DNA of 42,901 bases, taken from an uncultured Candidatus Bathyarchaeia archaeon (lineage in GTDB: Archaea; Thermoproteota; Bathyarchaeia; Bathyarchaeales; Bathycorpusculaceae). The stretch spans positions 1 through 42,901 of the forward strand of contig CAYPRE010000001.1 in assembly GCA_964413045.1 (NCBI GenBank). The letters run 5' to 3'. Under the pieces are notes generated by a model. That model ran no database searches, had not been told where the DNA came from, and saw nothing but the letters and a program-made list of their open reading frames with translations. Shown here one piece after another: positions 1 to 8,626 of this stretch; the first letter of the stretch is position 1, and each line of letters begins with the position of its first letter. Both the position numbers and the translations under genes were made by a program.

Positions 1-1424
1 GGAAGATATTTGCTGAAAACACCAAGGCGCTTCCGTGCTCTATCAACGTGTTCTCTCCTAGACATGAAATGCTGAATCTGGCGCGCGACTTCCCGCAGTC
101 CATTAGCTATTTCTCTCCTGACCTCAGGTCTATCAGCAATAAACTCCTTTCCAACAGTCTTATACGGTACTTTAGTGCTACAAATATGAACAACTATGAC
201 AAGCGGCATGTCAGGAAGCACCCTGTACCTGCGCCAATTCATCGCACCAATCACTCTCAGAGAGACATCGTTAGCCTCATCATACAATAGCGGAATCCTG
301 TTCGCGAAGCGGTACACCAAGAAAACCCCTTTTTTGGGGATCTCTCCCCCGTAAGCGATTCCTGTTTCAACTATGAAGGGATGACCTGCGTAAGTCGCTG
401 GTTTTCGCTGGTGAACCACCACAAATTCTGGTTTCAATTCCTTCAGAATCCCCGCCTTAAGCAGGTCTTCCCCAAGAGGGGAAAGACAGCTTGCATCTGG
501 CGGCAGAAATTCTCTAAATCTCTTCAGCATATGCATTAATCTGACTATTTCTTCATGAGAGAGTCTCTTCGGGTTCTTGGACGGGCTTATGTTGCTGAAC
601 TCAAGAAACTTCTGAGCAGTTATTCCTCCAACCCTGTGGAAGTGATTCTTCAGAAAGTCAAGCATGCTGTGATGCGGGGTTATCTGTATCAAGCGTTGAA
701 GTAACTCCACGTCTACACCATAAGGATGAGGTTTCGTTTCTTTCGGAGGTACGGGCATATCCTTGGTGATCCGGGTGAATTTGTACAGTCTTCCTTTTGG
801 ATCGACGAACGTAAGGTTAGCATACGGGTTAACCATAGCCGTCTGCTTAAAATAATCGAGAATTTTCGGCATTGCCCTGAAATAGTCGCCTTCAAGCGTG
901 AATTCGACTATGGTTCCCCGCCATTGCTCCTTGTTAATCAGCACTTTCCTATCGACTACGAGGGGCCTGTTTTTCTGAATGTCAATCATGAGTTTGTAAA
1001 AATAGGTCTTCACTGTACCCGTGCTTGAGATTATCATTGCCGGCTGGTGGGTCGTGATCTGACCGTAGAGTATTGCCATTTTTCCCCCCAGACCGAATGT
1101 TCCCCTCTGTTGCTTCAGGTTGTACTTTGAACCAAAGAGAATCTGCCCAAACGCAGACGGGATATGTTTAGGCGGGACACCTATACCATTGTCTTCGACT
1201 CGCAACTTGTAGATCTGAGTGTCCTGGCTCGCTTCTCCCTCATAAGAAAGGCGAACATAAATGTCCGGAGGGATTCTGTGGCTTTCCGCGGCATCCAGCG
1301 AGTTCTCCACGAGTTCCCTGATAGCTACAAAGATGGCTCTCGAAGGGTTGGTGAAGCCAGCAATGTCACGGTTCCTGTAGAAAAAGTCCGCAGCACTGAT
1401 TTCTTCAAATGTTGTCTGAGCCAC
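1..1424 (-). CDS. top6B: DNA topoisomerase VI subunit B (GHKL ATPase); 3' end runs off the window start
   Basis: Absent from the supplied ORF track because the frame never meets a stop inside the window. My translation of the minus strand starts at GTG 1424-1422, with TAA directly upstream at 1427-1425 and GGGGAG about 6 nt upstream. It reads VAQTTFEEISAADFFYRNRDIAGFTNPSRAIFVAIRELVENSLDAAE...RVEDNGIGVP...QRGTFGLGGKMA...KPHPYGVD... and stays open to the window edge. The Bergerat-fold N-box (ELVENSLDA), G1 (DNGIG) and G2 (GTFGLGG) motifs are present. Confidence 0.9.
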   Translation of the reverse strand, partial: MAQTTFEEISAADFFYRNRDIAGFTNPSRAIFVAIRELVENSLDAAESHRIPPDIYVRLSYEGEASQDTQIYKLRVEDNGIGVPPKHIPSAFGQILFGSKYNLKQQRGTFGLGGKMAILYGQITTHQPAMIISSTGTVKTYFYKLMIDIQKNRPLVVDRKVLINKEQWRGTIVEFTLEGDYFRAMPKILDYFKQTAMVNPYANLTFVDPKGRLYKFTRITKDMPVPPKETKPHPYGVDVELLQRLIQITPHHSMLDFLKNHFHRVGGITAQKFLEFSNISPSKNPKRLSHEEIVRLMHMLKRFREFLPPDASCLSPLGEDLLKAGILKELKPEFVVVHQRKPATYAGHPFIVETGIAYGGEIPKKGVFLVYRFANRIPLLYDEANDVSLRVIGAMNWRRYRVLPDMPLVIVVHICSTKVPYKTVGKEFIADRPEVRREIANGLREVARQIQHFMSRREHVDRARKRLGVFSKYL

Positions 1425-1605
1425 TTACTTCTCCCCAACCCTCTTCAAAACAGATTATCTCTACGATATGCTCTGCCCATTTTTTAAGTTAACTATGTCA
1501 AAAACCACTTCTTTTTCGCTCGTCATAACATTCACAGCCAATCGAAGTCGTTGACCATACGAGTGCTGTAAGAAATTCCTCCCTTATCCATAGTTCCCCT
1601 CTCAG

Positions 1606-3393
1606 TCATTTCCGTAGTGTGCGCACATAATAGTATTCTCCGACTTCTTTCTGCAGCCTGTCAAGTTTCGACCCCTCTTTGTTTACTCTGGGCCTCTTAG
1701 TAGCCGGGTCTCTTCTAAATGTCGTTTGCATCTGTCTTAAAAAGAGATTCATACCTTTCCGCAGACTCGTCGGCGGATCCGCTATGCCTTCTTTCCCTGG
1801 TATGCCCGCGAAAATCATCAACTGGTCAGAAATGAAGTCTTGCGTGACAACGTCATGCTCCACCACGAAGGCTGTCACGTTGTGATTTTCGACCACCTTT
1901 CGAATTGCTCTTGCAATGTTCAGTCTCTCTTCGACATCCAAGTATGCGCTCGGTTCATCCAGTAAGTAGAGCTCGGCATTACGTGAGAGACACGCTGCTA
2001 TAGCAACTTTCTGCAGCTCTCCGCCGCTGAGTTCGTTCACGTTTCTATCCAGAAATAGGTTGATCTTCAAAGGTTGGAGAATTTCGGTTCGATACCATCC
2101 TGAAGAAAAATTCTCCTTCGCAACACTCATAAGAAGTTGCTCAACGGTGCCCTCATATTCCGCTGAAATATACTGCGGTTTGTAACTGACCTTCAAATCC
2201 TCAAACTTCTTTCCATTGTCGGCTTCTTCGACGCCGGCCAGTATTTTCACAAAAGTTGTCTTTCCAATGCCATTAGCCCCTAGAATACCGATGATCTTCC
2301 CTCTTCGTATCTCGCCGGAATGAGCTGTGAGTTTGAAACCTTTGAAAGTCTTCGCGATTTGTTCCCACTTCAGAAGTATTTCACCTGCTCCTGCGCTAAC
2401 AGTTGGAGGTTTTTCATGGAATATTATGGGTTCTTTTCTGAAACGTACGTTCTCGTCTGGAATGTAACCTTGGAGATAGATGTTGATGCCAGTTCTAACA
2501 CCATGAACATTGGAGACGATCCCATAAACTCCTGGTTCTCCATAGAAGATGCAGATCTGATCAGACAAGTAGTCGATTATGGCAAGATCATGTTCTGCCA
2601 CGATCACTGTTTTTTGGTCGTTCTTCAGGTTTCTAATGACCTTTGCCACTTCCAGCCTTTGCTTCACGTCTAGATAGCTAGAGGGTTCATCGAAAAGGTA
2701 TACATCGGCCTCTCGACATATTGCTGCAGCGACTGCCACACGTTGCAGCTCACCTCCACTCAGAACATCCAAATGTCTATCCCAGAACGGTTCAAGTTCA
2801 AGCTGCTCCGTGACCGCTTCCAACTTGCTTCTTTCATCGACTCTGTTGAGCAGTTCACCAACTTTTCCAGAAATGACCTTTGGCATCTTGTCCACATATT
2901 GCGGCTTATGGGAAATCTTGAGTTTTCCTTCTCCCATTCTTTGGAAATAATCTTGAAGTGTTGAACCTCTGAAATGCTGGATTATTTCAGTCCATTCAGG
3001 CGGGCACTGGTAGTTACCGAGGTTTAGTTTGATTTCACCAGAAAGCATTCTGAGCGCAGTTGATTTTCCTATTCCGTTTTGCCCGAGCAAGCCCAGAACA
3101 ACACCAGGAGAGGGTGTCGGAAATCGAAAAAGCTTGAATGTGTTTTCTCCGAAACGATGGCTGCACTCTTTCTCGAGCTCATCCGGCAGATTGATTATAG
3201 AGATAGCTCTAAAAGGGCATTTCTTGACGCAAATCCCGCAGCCTGTACACAGAGACTCCACGATTATAGCCCTGCCACTTTCGATGCGTATGGCTTCGAT
3301 CTTGCTCCGTACTATGGGGCAAAAACGATAGCATAGGTTACCGCAACGTTTTGCCTTACATTTATCGACATCGAGCACGGCAACTCTTGTCAT
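1606..3393 (-). CDS. abce1: ABCE1 / RNase L inhibitor-type ribosome recycling ATPase
   Basis: 598-aa ORF. The N-terminus has two 4Fe-4S ferredoxin-type Cys clusters (CKAKRCGNLCYRFCP, CTGCGICVKKCP). Two ABC cassettes follow (GQNGIGKST / LSGGELQRVAVA and GANGIGKTT / LSGGELQKVAIA). The likely start is ATG 3393 (MTRVAVLDVDKC) rather than the track's GTG 3402. Confidence 0.95.
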   Translation of the reverse strand: MTRVAVLDVDKCKAKRCGNLCYRFCPIVRSKIEAIRIESGRAIIVESLCTGCGICVKKCPFRAISIINLPDELEKECSHRFGENTFKLFRFPTPSPGVVLGLLGQNGIGKSTALRMLSGEIKLNLGNYQCPPEWTEIIQHFRGSTLQDYFQRMGEGKLKISHKPQYVDKMPKVISGKVGELLNRVDERSKLEAVTEQLELEPFWDRHLDVLSGGELQRVAVAAAICREADVYLFDEPSSYLDVKQRLEVAKVIRNLKNDQKTVIVAEHDLAIIDYLSDQICIFYGEPGVYGIVSNVHGVRTGINIYLQGYIPDENVRFRKEPIIFHEKPPTVSAGAGEILLKWEQIAKTFKGFKLTAHSGEIRRGKIIGILGANGIGKTTFVKILAGVEEADNGKKFEDLKVSYKPQYISAEYEGTVEQLLMSVAKENFSSGWYRTEILQPLKINLFLDRNVNELSGGELQKVAIAACLSRNAELYLLDEPSAYLDVEERLNIARAIRKVVENHNVTAFVVEHDVVTQDFISDQLMIFAGIPGKEGIADPPTSLRKGMNLFLRQMQTTFRRDPATKRPRVNKEGSKLDRLQKEVGEYYYVRTLRK

Positions 3394-3620
3394 GAAGGAC
3401 ACGATAATTTAATGCACACAACTAGTAGGCTATAAACATAAGCCTTGCTTCATGGCTCTGCAAATACTGGGTGTCAATAGGCCAAATATCCAAGGCTCGG
3501 CCGTTGTGCTGCCTGACATTTTTGATGTGTAAACAGAAGCAAAGTTATGGGAACATTGTAACTCTCATTGTTCCTTGCAGAATAAACGGGTACACCAAAG
3601 AAAAAGAGCGTCGAAATATT

Positions 3621-3649
3621 TCAAGTAAAGAAAGAACACAAGAGTGTTC
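3621..3649 (-). terminator. Hairpin plus T-tract downstream of the acidic micro-ORF
   Basis: The minus strand reads GAACAC-TCTT-GTGTTC, a perfect 6-bp stem (3649-3634), followed directly by TTTCTTT. A second T5-containing tract (CTCTTTTTCTTT) lies around 3597-3608. Oligo-T tracts are the usual archaeal termination signal. Confidence 0.4.
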
Positions 3650-3667
3650 AGTGTGTTTCAAGCTTTT

Positions 3668-3742
3668 CTACCATTCTTCCTCTTCGAAGTCTTCCTCTTC
3701 GTCCCATTCCTCATCCTCGACATCTTCGTCCTCGTCTATCAT
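3668..3742 (-). CDS. 24-aa hyper-acidic micro-protein MIDEDEDVEDEEWDEEEDFEEEEW (unannotated, below the ORF-track cutoff)
   Basis: ATG 3742-3740 is preceded by GGAGGTGG (3755-3748) with a 5-nt spacer. The stop is TAG 3670-3668, and an in-frame TGA upstream (3766-3764) bounds the frame. The same GGAGGTG Shine-Dalgarno core precedes other genes in this window (27427, 41654). Hand translation was checked codon by codon. Confidence 0.5.
   Translation of the reverse strand: MIDEDEDVEDEEWDEEEDFEEEEW
3671..3736 (-). repeat. Two tandem 33-nt / 11-aa repeats inside the micro-ORF
   Basis: DEDEDVEDEEW and DEEEDFEEEEW share 8 of 11 residues and about 26 of 33 nt. Both have a hydrophobic residue at position 6 and Trp at position 11. 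Confidence 0.6.
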
Positions 3743-3865
3743 TCGTTCCACCTCCGAATGTTTTCAGTGCGTAGTGAGAACACCTTTGAAATCTTTAAGG
3801 ATTGTTATTCGTCAGTTGTCGAGAATGGAATCTGAATGCTAGGTCATCAATGCTTTTTGTGAGGG

Positions 3866-4822
3866 TTATTTCACGAATTTTGCGGTTAAGGAAGCAACAG
3901 GTTCCTTCATCCCAGTGGTGACATAGGCCCAACACATGTTGGGTGAATTGTGGGCAGCGCCGAACCTCCCTTGAGTGTCGATAGCGATAAGTCCCATTGA
4001 ACTGTAAGATCGAATTCGCTTGTTGACCACATTTATCGCGGTTTCAACTGCTTCCTCGGGCGGCTTGCCGTTTTCGATGTGATCACACACCGCTTTTGCA
4101 AGAACAAGCCTTATTGCCACTTCTCCAACACCGGTGGCTGAACACGCACCCGCTTGATTGTCTGCATAGGTCCCACATCCGATCAACGGTGAGTCTCCGA
4201 TTCTCCCAGGAAGCTTCAAAGGGAAACCTCCAGTAGAAGTCGCAGCCGCAACATTTCCGTTCCTGTCAACGGCGACCGCACCTACAGTTTCAAGGTTGAA
4301 CAGTTCAGGGTGTTGTTTCGCCAAGTCAGTGAGTCTTGGAAGCTCGAACTTTCCCTCCAGTAATTGTTTCTTCTGGTCTTCATAGTACCTGAGCCTAAGC
4401 TCCGTGACAGGGTTTCTTCTCTCCAGATTGTAGAGTTTCGCGAGTTTTTCTGCTCCGTCGCCTACTACGAGAATATGGTCCGTCTTATCCATCACAATTC
4501 TCGCCAACCGCACTGGGTTCTTGACATCATGTAGCAACCCCGCTGCACCGGCTTGGAGCGTTCGCCCATCCATGACTGACGCTTCCATCTCAATGGCTTT
4601 CTCGATGTTCAGACTCGACCCATAGCCAGCGTTAAAAACGCCTTTATTCTCCATTACTACAACAGCTTCCACGACACTATCAATAGCGGCACCACCACTC
4701 TTCAAAATATCTAATCCTGTCTCCGCTGCTTCCATTACACCTTGCACGCCTCCTTGGCTACGCTCGGGCTGCCAGGTCCCCGCGCCGCCGTGGACAACTA
4801 TTGTTGGTTTTTGGCCCCTCAT
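3866..4822 (-). CDS. Isoaspartyl peptidase / L-asparaginase (Ntn-hydrolase, plant-type asparaginase family)
   Basis: 318 aa. It has HGGAG near the N-terminus and the autoprocessing/nucleophile region ETVGAVAVDRNGNVAAATSTGG...GRIGDSPLIGCGTYAD. Confidence 0.85.
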   Translation of the reverse strand: MRGQKPTIVVHGGAGTWQPERSQGGVQGVMEAAETGLDILKSGGAAIDSVVEAVVVMENKGVFNAGYGSSLNIEKAIEMEASVMDGRTLQAGAAGLLHDVKNPVRLARIVMDKTDHILVVGDGAEKLAKLYNLERRNPVTELRLRYYEDQKKQLLEGKFELPRLTDLAKQHPELFNLETVGAVAVDRNGNVAAATSTGGFPLKLPGRIGDSPLIGCGTYADNQAGACSATGVGEVAIRLVLAKAVCDHIENGKPPEEAVETAINVVNKRIRSYSSMGLIAIDTQGRFGAAHNSPNMCWAYVTTGMKEPVASLTAKFVK

Positions 4823-5050
4823 CGAACTGTCCCTCCAATGTTGGATGGTTATCTAGTTCACAAAATTTAAGCCTGCTGTTTTATTTTGTCAAAACGAATA
4901 AATCCCTGTGTTCGAACATTACTCCTGGGATGATGTGAGGCGACGGCTAAGAGCCATGTGCAATGAAAAGGCCATTTACGTACACTGACCCCAATGGTCT
5001 ACTCTCATTTTGTTTGCACGGTGAATTATCGATAAAGAGAACGTGTGTGG

Positions 5051-5584
5051 ATGCGGATTACCTTGAAAGACTTCAACTTGTTGGCGACTACTTGGCGAGG
5101 AAATGAAAACAAGGCTCGTTTTGAGCTGAAAAGCCTTCTCGAGAAAATCGGAGAAGCTGCGCCTAGAGTCGAAAGGACAGGTATTTCGGGCTTGATCGCA
5201 GCAAAAACCGATCTGGAACCTCTTGAAGTGATCAAACAATTCCGAGTGATTTTGAGAGAACGTCCATATGAATTTCGATACGTACTCAGACTAGTTCCTG
5301 TGGAAAGAGTTGTTGCCACCGACTTGGATCAGATCAAAGAGGCTGCGGTCCAGATTGGGCCAAAAATAGGCAAAGACGAGACTTTTCGAGTGACAATCGA
5401 AAAGCGATTTACAAGCTTACACACACTTAGCATAATCGAAGCGGCTGCGACGGCCATAAAGAACAAAGTAAATTTGCATCAGCCAGACAAGATTTTGCTC
5501 ATTGAAGTCGTGGGCGGTTTGACAGGCCTGTCGATAATAAAGCCGGATGAGACTCTTTCCGTGTTGAAAGAGAAACTGCTCTAA
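5051..5584 (+). CDS. Stand-alone THUMP-domain RNA-binding protein
   Basis: About 177 aa. It begins FNLLATTWRGNENKARFEL and ends in a ferredoxin-like/THUMP-like C-terminus (FRVTIEKRF...ILLIEVVGGLTGLSI). ATG 5051 is preferred over the track's GTG 5045. Confidence 0.55.
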   Translation: MRITLKDFNLLATTWRGNENKARFELKSLLEKIGEAAPRVERTGISGLIAAKTDLEPLEVIKQFRVILRERPYEFRYVLRLVPVERVVATDLDQIKEAAVQIGPKIGKDETFRVTIEKRFTSLHTLSIIEAAATAIKNKVNLHQPDKILLIEVVGGLTGLSIIKPDETLSVLKEKLL

Positions 5585-5586
5585 TC

Positions 5587-6153
5587 CTAGTTTTGAACTG
5601 ATACTAAAGCCACTCTTTCTATTACAAGGTCAACCAAAGCTTCCTCTAAATCTTGCCCATGACTCGTCGCTTCAAGTTCCTGCAGAGTAATACCAAAGAC
5701 TTCTTGGAGCTTTTTCTTCTTTGCCTCTGAAAGACCAAGAACTACATCGTTGCGACTCCCTCCTATCTTCCGCGTGACCTTTGACAATGTTGAGCCAACA
5801 ATTTTCGGGTTCTTCCCTATTATCAGCACCGCAATGTCCGATGAAGTCGGTCTAATGCCCACGAGGCGCGTGGCTCTCGTGATTTGATGCTGACCCGAGG
5901 CGAAGAGGAGAGTTTCGATTGCCAGACTATTCGAGATATTGTCTGACCCTTCGAAAGCTTTGATGGCGTTCAATGCCGCAAAATAAAGATGCTTCCACGT
6001 AGCGATCGTTGTAGCATCAAAGAATTGCATTTCCATTTCTGAAGACTTTCCTTTGTGGAGCGTCTTCAGCATGTCCTTGACATCCCCGACTTTCACGTCT
6101 CTGAAACCCGTTATCTCAACGTAATTTCTGAACTCTTCGACACGTTTCAGCAT
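5587..6153 (-). CDS. cgi121: KEOPS complex subunit Cgi121
   Basis: The Cgi121 pattern is present: FDATTIATWKHLYFAALNAIKAF...SLAIETLLFASGQHQITRATRLVG...VLIIG. The N-terminal 42 codons of the track ORF overlap the divergent ftcD leader, so the internal ATG 6153 (MLKRVEEF) is the plausible start. Confidence 0.65.
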   Translation of the reverse strand: MLKRVEEFRNYVEITGFRDVKVGDVKDMLKTLHKGKSSEMEMQFFDATTIATWKHLYFAALNAIKAFEGSDNISNSLAIETLLFASGQHQITRATRLVGIRPTSSDIAVLIIGKNPKIVGSTLSKVTRKIGGSRNDVVLGLSEAKKKKLQEVFGITLQELEATSHGQDLEEALVDLVIERVALVSVQN

Positions 6154-6241
6154 CGTTGTGCACTCTGAAAAACTCTTCTTATGTCTCGCCGAAATATACT
6201 TATCTTCTGCTGGCGTCTGTCTTAGAAATGTGGGGTTCCAG

Positions 6242-7162
6242 ATGGTTGCGGTAGTTGAGTGTGTGCCTAACTTCAGCACTTCTGACTCAGAGGTTGTTAA
6301 AGCGATTCTTCATGAACTTGAAAGAACGAAAAAGACCTTCTTACTTGATTACACATATGACGATTACTACAACAGACTTGTCGTCTCATTCATCGGCAAC
6401 AAGAAGTCAGTTCTCGAAGCAGCTTTAAACATGGCCTACAAAGCTATCGACTTAATCGACATGCGGAAACACAAGGGACAGCACCCACGCATTGGAGCGG
6501 TTGACATCGTTCCTTTCATTCCATCGAGAAATGTCACAATTGATGAATGTATCGACCTCGCAAAAGACTTCGGTGGGACTCTCGCTGAAAAATGCGGAGT
6601 GCCAGTGTATTTGTATGGGGTCGCGTCATCTGGACCAGAACGAAGGGATCTTGATTGGATACGTCAAGGCGATTATGAAAAACTTGATAACATGATTGTC
6701 AGGCCCGAACGGAAACCTGATTATGGACCTGTCAAGCCCCACCCTACTGCAGGTGCAACGATAGCGGGTGCTCGCAAAGTGATGGCAGGTTTCAACGTTA
6801 ACATAGGCACTAACGATTTGAAAGTGGCGAAAAGGATCGCAAGAGCTCTGCATGCAAGCAAGGGAGGGTTTTCGAACGTGAAAGCCATGGCCGCTCTTAT
6901 CCCCGATAAGAATGTTGCGCAGATAGGAATGAGCATAAGCGACTTTGAGAAGACACCGCTCTATCGTGTTTTTGAAGTCTTGAAAGTCGAGTGCGCCCGC
7001 TACAACGTGCAAATAATTAGCTCCGAGTTTTGCGGCATGGCACCACTGAAAGCCCTCATCGACACCGTTGGGTATTACTTGAGAGTTGACAATCTTCCTG
7101 AAAACCGTGTTCTGGAGATTGCCATCAACAACGCCATCGAGAAAGGCGGTTTACTTGAATAA
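6242..7162 (+). CDS. ftcD: Glutamate formimidoyltransferase (FtcD formiminotransferase domain only)
   Basis: From ATG 6242: MVAVVECVPNFS...HPRIGAVDIVPFIP...VPVYLYG. It is about 306 aa, which leaves no room for a cyclodeaminase domain. Confidence 0.85.
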   Translation: MVAVVECVPNFSTSDSEVVKAILHELERTKKTFLLDYTYDDYYNRLVVSFIGNKKSVLEAALNMAYKAIDLIDMRKHKGQHPRIGAVDIVPFIPSRNVTIDECIDLAKDFGGTLAEKCGVPVYLYGVASSGPERRDLDWIRQGDYEKLDNMIVRPERKPDYGPVKPHPTAGATIAGARKVMAGFNVNIGTNDLKVAKRIARALHASKGGFSNVKAMAALIPDKNVAQIGMSISDFEKTPLYRVFEVLKVECARYNVQIISSEFCGMAPLKALIDTVGYYLRVDNLPENRVLEIAINNAIEKGGLLE

Positions 7163-8480
7163 AGCCGTCAAGGCAAGGGCGCGTGAAAAAGTAGATTTGC
7201 TCATCGTGAACGCTGATGAGCTTGTAACGCTTGCAGGGGACAATCAGAAGCCTCGAACTGGAAAGGAACTACAGGAAATCGGAATAATACGAAACGGTGG
7301 CCTTGCCATTAAGGATGGCAGGATTATTGCGGTTGGAAAAACTCCAGATGTGACAAAAAGCTTCAAGGCTGAAAACGTGGCCAGTGCGAATGGGAAAATT
7401 GTGATGCCCGGCTTCGTTGACCCTCACACGCACCTTGTGTTCGCAGGCTCGCGAGAAGAAGAATTCCAACTGCACATCGAGGGCGCCTCCTATCTGGAGA
7501 TTCTAAAAGCAGGAGGTGGCATACTGCGTACGGTACGTGAGACACGAAAAGCAAGCGTTGAAAAGCTCGTGGATTATGGCATTGAAACATTGGATGTCAT
7601 GCTGGAGCACGGCACAACAACCGTTGAAGCAAAGAGCGGCTACGGTTTGACGACTAGAGAAGAAGTGAAAATGCTGGAAGTTATACAGCGGTTGAACCAA
7701 CTCCACAGTGTCGACCTAGTGCCGACCTTTCTTGGTGCGCATGCAATTCCCCAAGAATTCTCGAACAACGCTGAAGATTATGTTAACCTGATCGTGGACG
7801 AGATGATCCCAAAGGTAACAGAGAAGGGTCTAGCAGAATTCTGTGATGTTTTTTGCGAGCGGGGAGTCTTTTCTCTTGAACAAGCCAGGCGCATCTTGAT
7901 GACTGGCAAGAATTGTGGCCTGAAACTCAGGCTCCACGCGGATGAAATGAGTCCCTTAGGCGGCGCAGAACTTGCAGCAAGTATTGGGGCTCTTTCAGCT
8001 GACCATCTGCTCTTCGCTTCTGATGAGGGCATCAAAGCTATGGCAAGCAAGGGTGTAATAGCAACTTTACTTCCAGCTGCTGCCTTCAGTCTTATGAGTG
8101 GCAGGTATGCAGATGCCAGAATAATGATTAACCATCGTGCACCAGTGGCTTTGGGCACGGACTTTAATCCCAACTGTTGGGTCGAAAACCAGCAAATTGT
8201 CATTTCCCTAGCGTGCCACCTGATGAAGCTGACCCCTGCTGAGGCGATAACCGCGACAACCATCAATGCGGCTCACGCTATTAATCGCGCAAAAGAAATA
8301 GGTAGCCTAGAGGTTGGAAAGAAAGCGGATATCGCGATCTTGGATGTCCCTAACCACAAATTTCTGGGATATCGATTTGGAGTGAATCTTGTGGACAAAG
8401 TGATAAAGAATGGAAGAATCGTCATAGACAGAGAAGCAAGCCGAAGCCAAGTCCACCTTCTTGAAGAACATGAAATCTAA
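7155..8480 (+). CDS. hutI: Imidazolonepropionase
   Basis: Amidohydrolase signature GFVDPHTHLVFAG, plus ...LHADE... and ...ALGTDFNP. The start is uncertain: the track frame opens at 7086, and TTG 7155 gives MNKAVKARAREKVDLLIVNA with an 8-nt overlap onto the ftcD stop. Confidence 0.9.
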   Translation: MNKAVKARAREKVDLLIVNADELVTLAGDNQKPRTGKELQEIGIIRNGGLAIKDGRIIAVGKTPDVTKSFKAENVASANGKIVMPGFVDPHTHLVFAGSREEEFQLHIEGASYLEILKAGGGILRTVRETRKASVEKLVDYGIETLDVMLEHGTTTVEAKSGYGLTTREEVKMLEVIQRLNQLHSVDLVPTFLGAHAIPQEFSNNAEDYVNLIVDEMIPKVTEKGLAEFCDVFCERGVFSLEQARRILMTGKNCGLKLRLHADEMSPLGGAELAASIGALSADHLLFASDEGIKAMASKGVIATLLPAAAFSLMSGRYADARIMINHRAPVALGTDFNPNCWVENQQIVISLACHLMKLTPAEAITATTINAAHAINRAKEIGSLEVGKKADIAILDVPNHKFLGYRFGVNLVDKVIKNGRIVIDREASRSQVHLLEEHEI

Positions 8481-8626
8481 GGATATCCGTTCGCTATTCG
8501 TTTCAGTCATCTGAGCGAAAAATGCTCGCATGTCCTGGACTCCGGCAACACGAACGCTGTGTCCTATCTTCTTCTAAAGCAAAGAATTAATGTCTGTTCC
8601 ATTACTGTCGTTCATGGTGAACTGTC

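Noticed and set aside
48-1487. Plus-strand ORFs 48-290, 726-1028 and 1164-1487, and minus-strand ORF 713-895
   Set aside because: All lie inside the minus-strand top6B coding region in other frames or on the other strand. They are shadow ORFs with no recognisable motifs.
3790-3840. UGAUGA and CUGA motifs on the minus strand just downstream of the asparaginase stop, as a C/D sRNA
   Set aside because: The box spacing is 28 or about 80 nt, which does not fit two 12-nt guides. No terminal stem is present.
3471-3842. 123-aa plus-strand ORF with a long Ser-rich low-complexity tract (SSSSKSSSSSHSSSSTSSSSS)
   Set aside because: It is the antisense mirror of the GAR-rich acidic micro-ORF. It has no SD or promoter-like element, its composition is purely low-complexity, and it spans an intergenic region with minus-strand terminator and promoter signals.
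4927-4993. Possible C/D-box sRNA in the asparaginase/THUMP divergent intergenic region: AUGAUGU at 4930-4936, CUGA at 4985-4988, and a 3-bp GGG/CCC terminal stem
   Set aside because: The C box is imperfect (last A replaced by U). No convincing internal D' or C' boxes are present, and the spacing (47 nt) is long. It cannot be supported by eye and would need a C/D sRNA covariance scan or small-RNA-seq.
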